Source: an uncultured Candidatus Saccharibacteria bacterium (GTDB taxonomy: Bacteria > Patescibacteriota > Minisyncoccia > Minisyncoccales > PEYH01). Taken from it: a stretch of DNA of 37,764 nt. Positions 37,494-37,764 of the stretch are shown here, piece by piece (positions within the stretch are counted from its first letter, which is position 1; the number at the start of each line of letters is the position of its first letter). Both the position numbers and the translations under genes were made by a program. A model generated the notes under the pieces. That model did no database searches. It was not told the DNA's origin and worked only from the letters and a program-made list of their open reading frames with translations. The stretch is from the NCBI GenBank assembly GCA_964644805.1, contig CAZXXF010000001.1, positions 1 through 37,764 of the forward strand. Reading direction: 5' to 3'.

Positions 37494-37603
37494 AGTATTC
37501 TTGAATTAGTCCGAACGCATTTCGCCGCCTGCGGCGGCGAGGAACCCCCCGCGAATTCGGAGCGGCTTCGCCGTGAGATTTCAAAACCGCCAAAGAGCCC
37601 GGA

Positions 37604-37630
37604 AAAACAATCGGCTCGAACCATGTTTTA
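37604..37630. repeat. Inverted repeat B' (27 bp), right copy
   Basis: Reverse complement of 35999-36025. It is separated from A' by a 110-bp G+C-rich spacer (65 of 110 G/C by hand count). Confidence 0.95.
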
Positions 37631-37633
37631 ACT

Positions 37634-37660
37634 GAAAGAAGAAAAGAAAAATTTTTAATC
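37634..37660. repeat. Inverted repeat C (27 bp), distal copy
   Basis: GAAAGAAGAAAAGAAAAATTTTTAATC is the reverse complement of 37369-37395. Confidence 0.95.
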
Positions 37661-37717
37661 ATTAAATTCATAGGATTTTGACCAAGAAACAGCAGAAATG
37701 CTGATTTTTTGTTGGGC

Positions 37718-37746
37718 TTGACAGATAGCACTAAATATGCTAAACT
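37718..37746 (+). promoter_or_regulatory. Outward-facing sigma70-like promoter with an extended -10
   Basis: TTGACA (37718-37723), 17-nt spacer ending in TGc, TAAACT (37741-37746). It points rightwards out of the window, divergent from the recombinase. Confidence 0.5.
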
Positions 37747-37764
37747 TGTTGCAGAATCGGAATT

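Larger units (their letters stand above)
35900..37764. mobile_element. Left end of a putative integrated or invertible element at tRNA-Leu(GAG) (extends beyond the window)
   Basis: A recombinase gene lies flush against a tRNA 3' end. The region is visibly richer in G+C than its flanks, carries nested inverted repeats and has an outward-facing promoter at the window edge. Confidence 0.4.

Noticed and set aside
37494-37530. Reverse complement (..GGACTAATTCAAGAATACTGCACCA) as a duplicated tRNA-Leu 3' half marking an attR-type site
   Set aside because: Only GCACCA and a TTCAAG hexamer match the tRNA. No T-stem pairing is possible, and the orientation is inverted rather than direct.
37357-37731. 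124-aa minus-strand ORF upstream of the recombinase
   Set aside because: It has a GTG start and a low-complexity, Arg-run sequence (RRRRRR). It reads straight through repeats B, X, A and C, where the G+C-rich sequence lacks stops in several frames. It is more likely non-coding leader or repeat sequence.

Overview
The window is gene-dense, AT-rich bacterial DNA. Its content suggests a reduced-genome, CPR/Patescibacteria-like organism; this is inferred from composition and gene content, not from any search. Most of it is housekeeping: ligA, a SEDS RodA/FtsW protein, recG, tsaD-prsW-hsp20, gyrA, rpsA, ftsH, an RluA-type pseudouridine synthase, rplS and eight tRNAs. A complete secretin-less type IV pilus locus runs from pilM through PilN/PilO-like genes, pilB, pilT, pilC, two Cys-rich pilins, pilD and four minor pilins (about 5.7-16.3 kb). 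comFC sits divergently upstream of it. Two regions deserve a second look. (1) At 35.8-37.7 kb a large serine recombinase abuts, and overlaps, the 3' end of tRNA-Leu(GAG). It is wrapped in three perfect, interleaved inverted-repeat pairs (98, 27 and 27 bp) and has a GC-rich leader of about 300 nt. This could be an invertible or mobile element, or an RNA-level control module, and it runs off the window edge. (2) At 23.9-27.1 kb five tandem genes share a C-terminal two-helix VirB2/TrbC-like pilin module. Their ectodomains differ (none, PKD-like, Cys-rich), and no secretion ATPase is nearby. Smaller oddities are tRNA-Ile(UAU), tRNA-Arg(GCG), a duplicated 41-bp promoter block, a thrice-repeated AAATTTTGGAT motif and a degenerate MBL-fold protein. 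All calls rest on reading the sequence and translations by eye; no searches were run.
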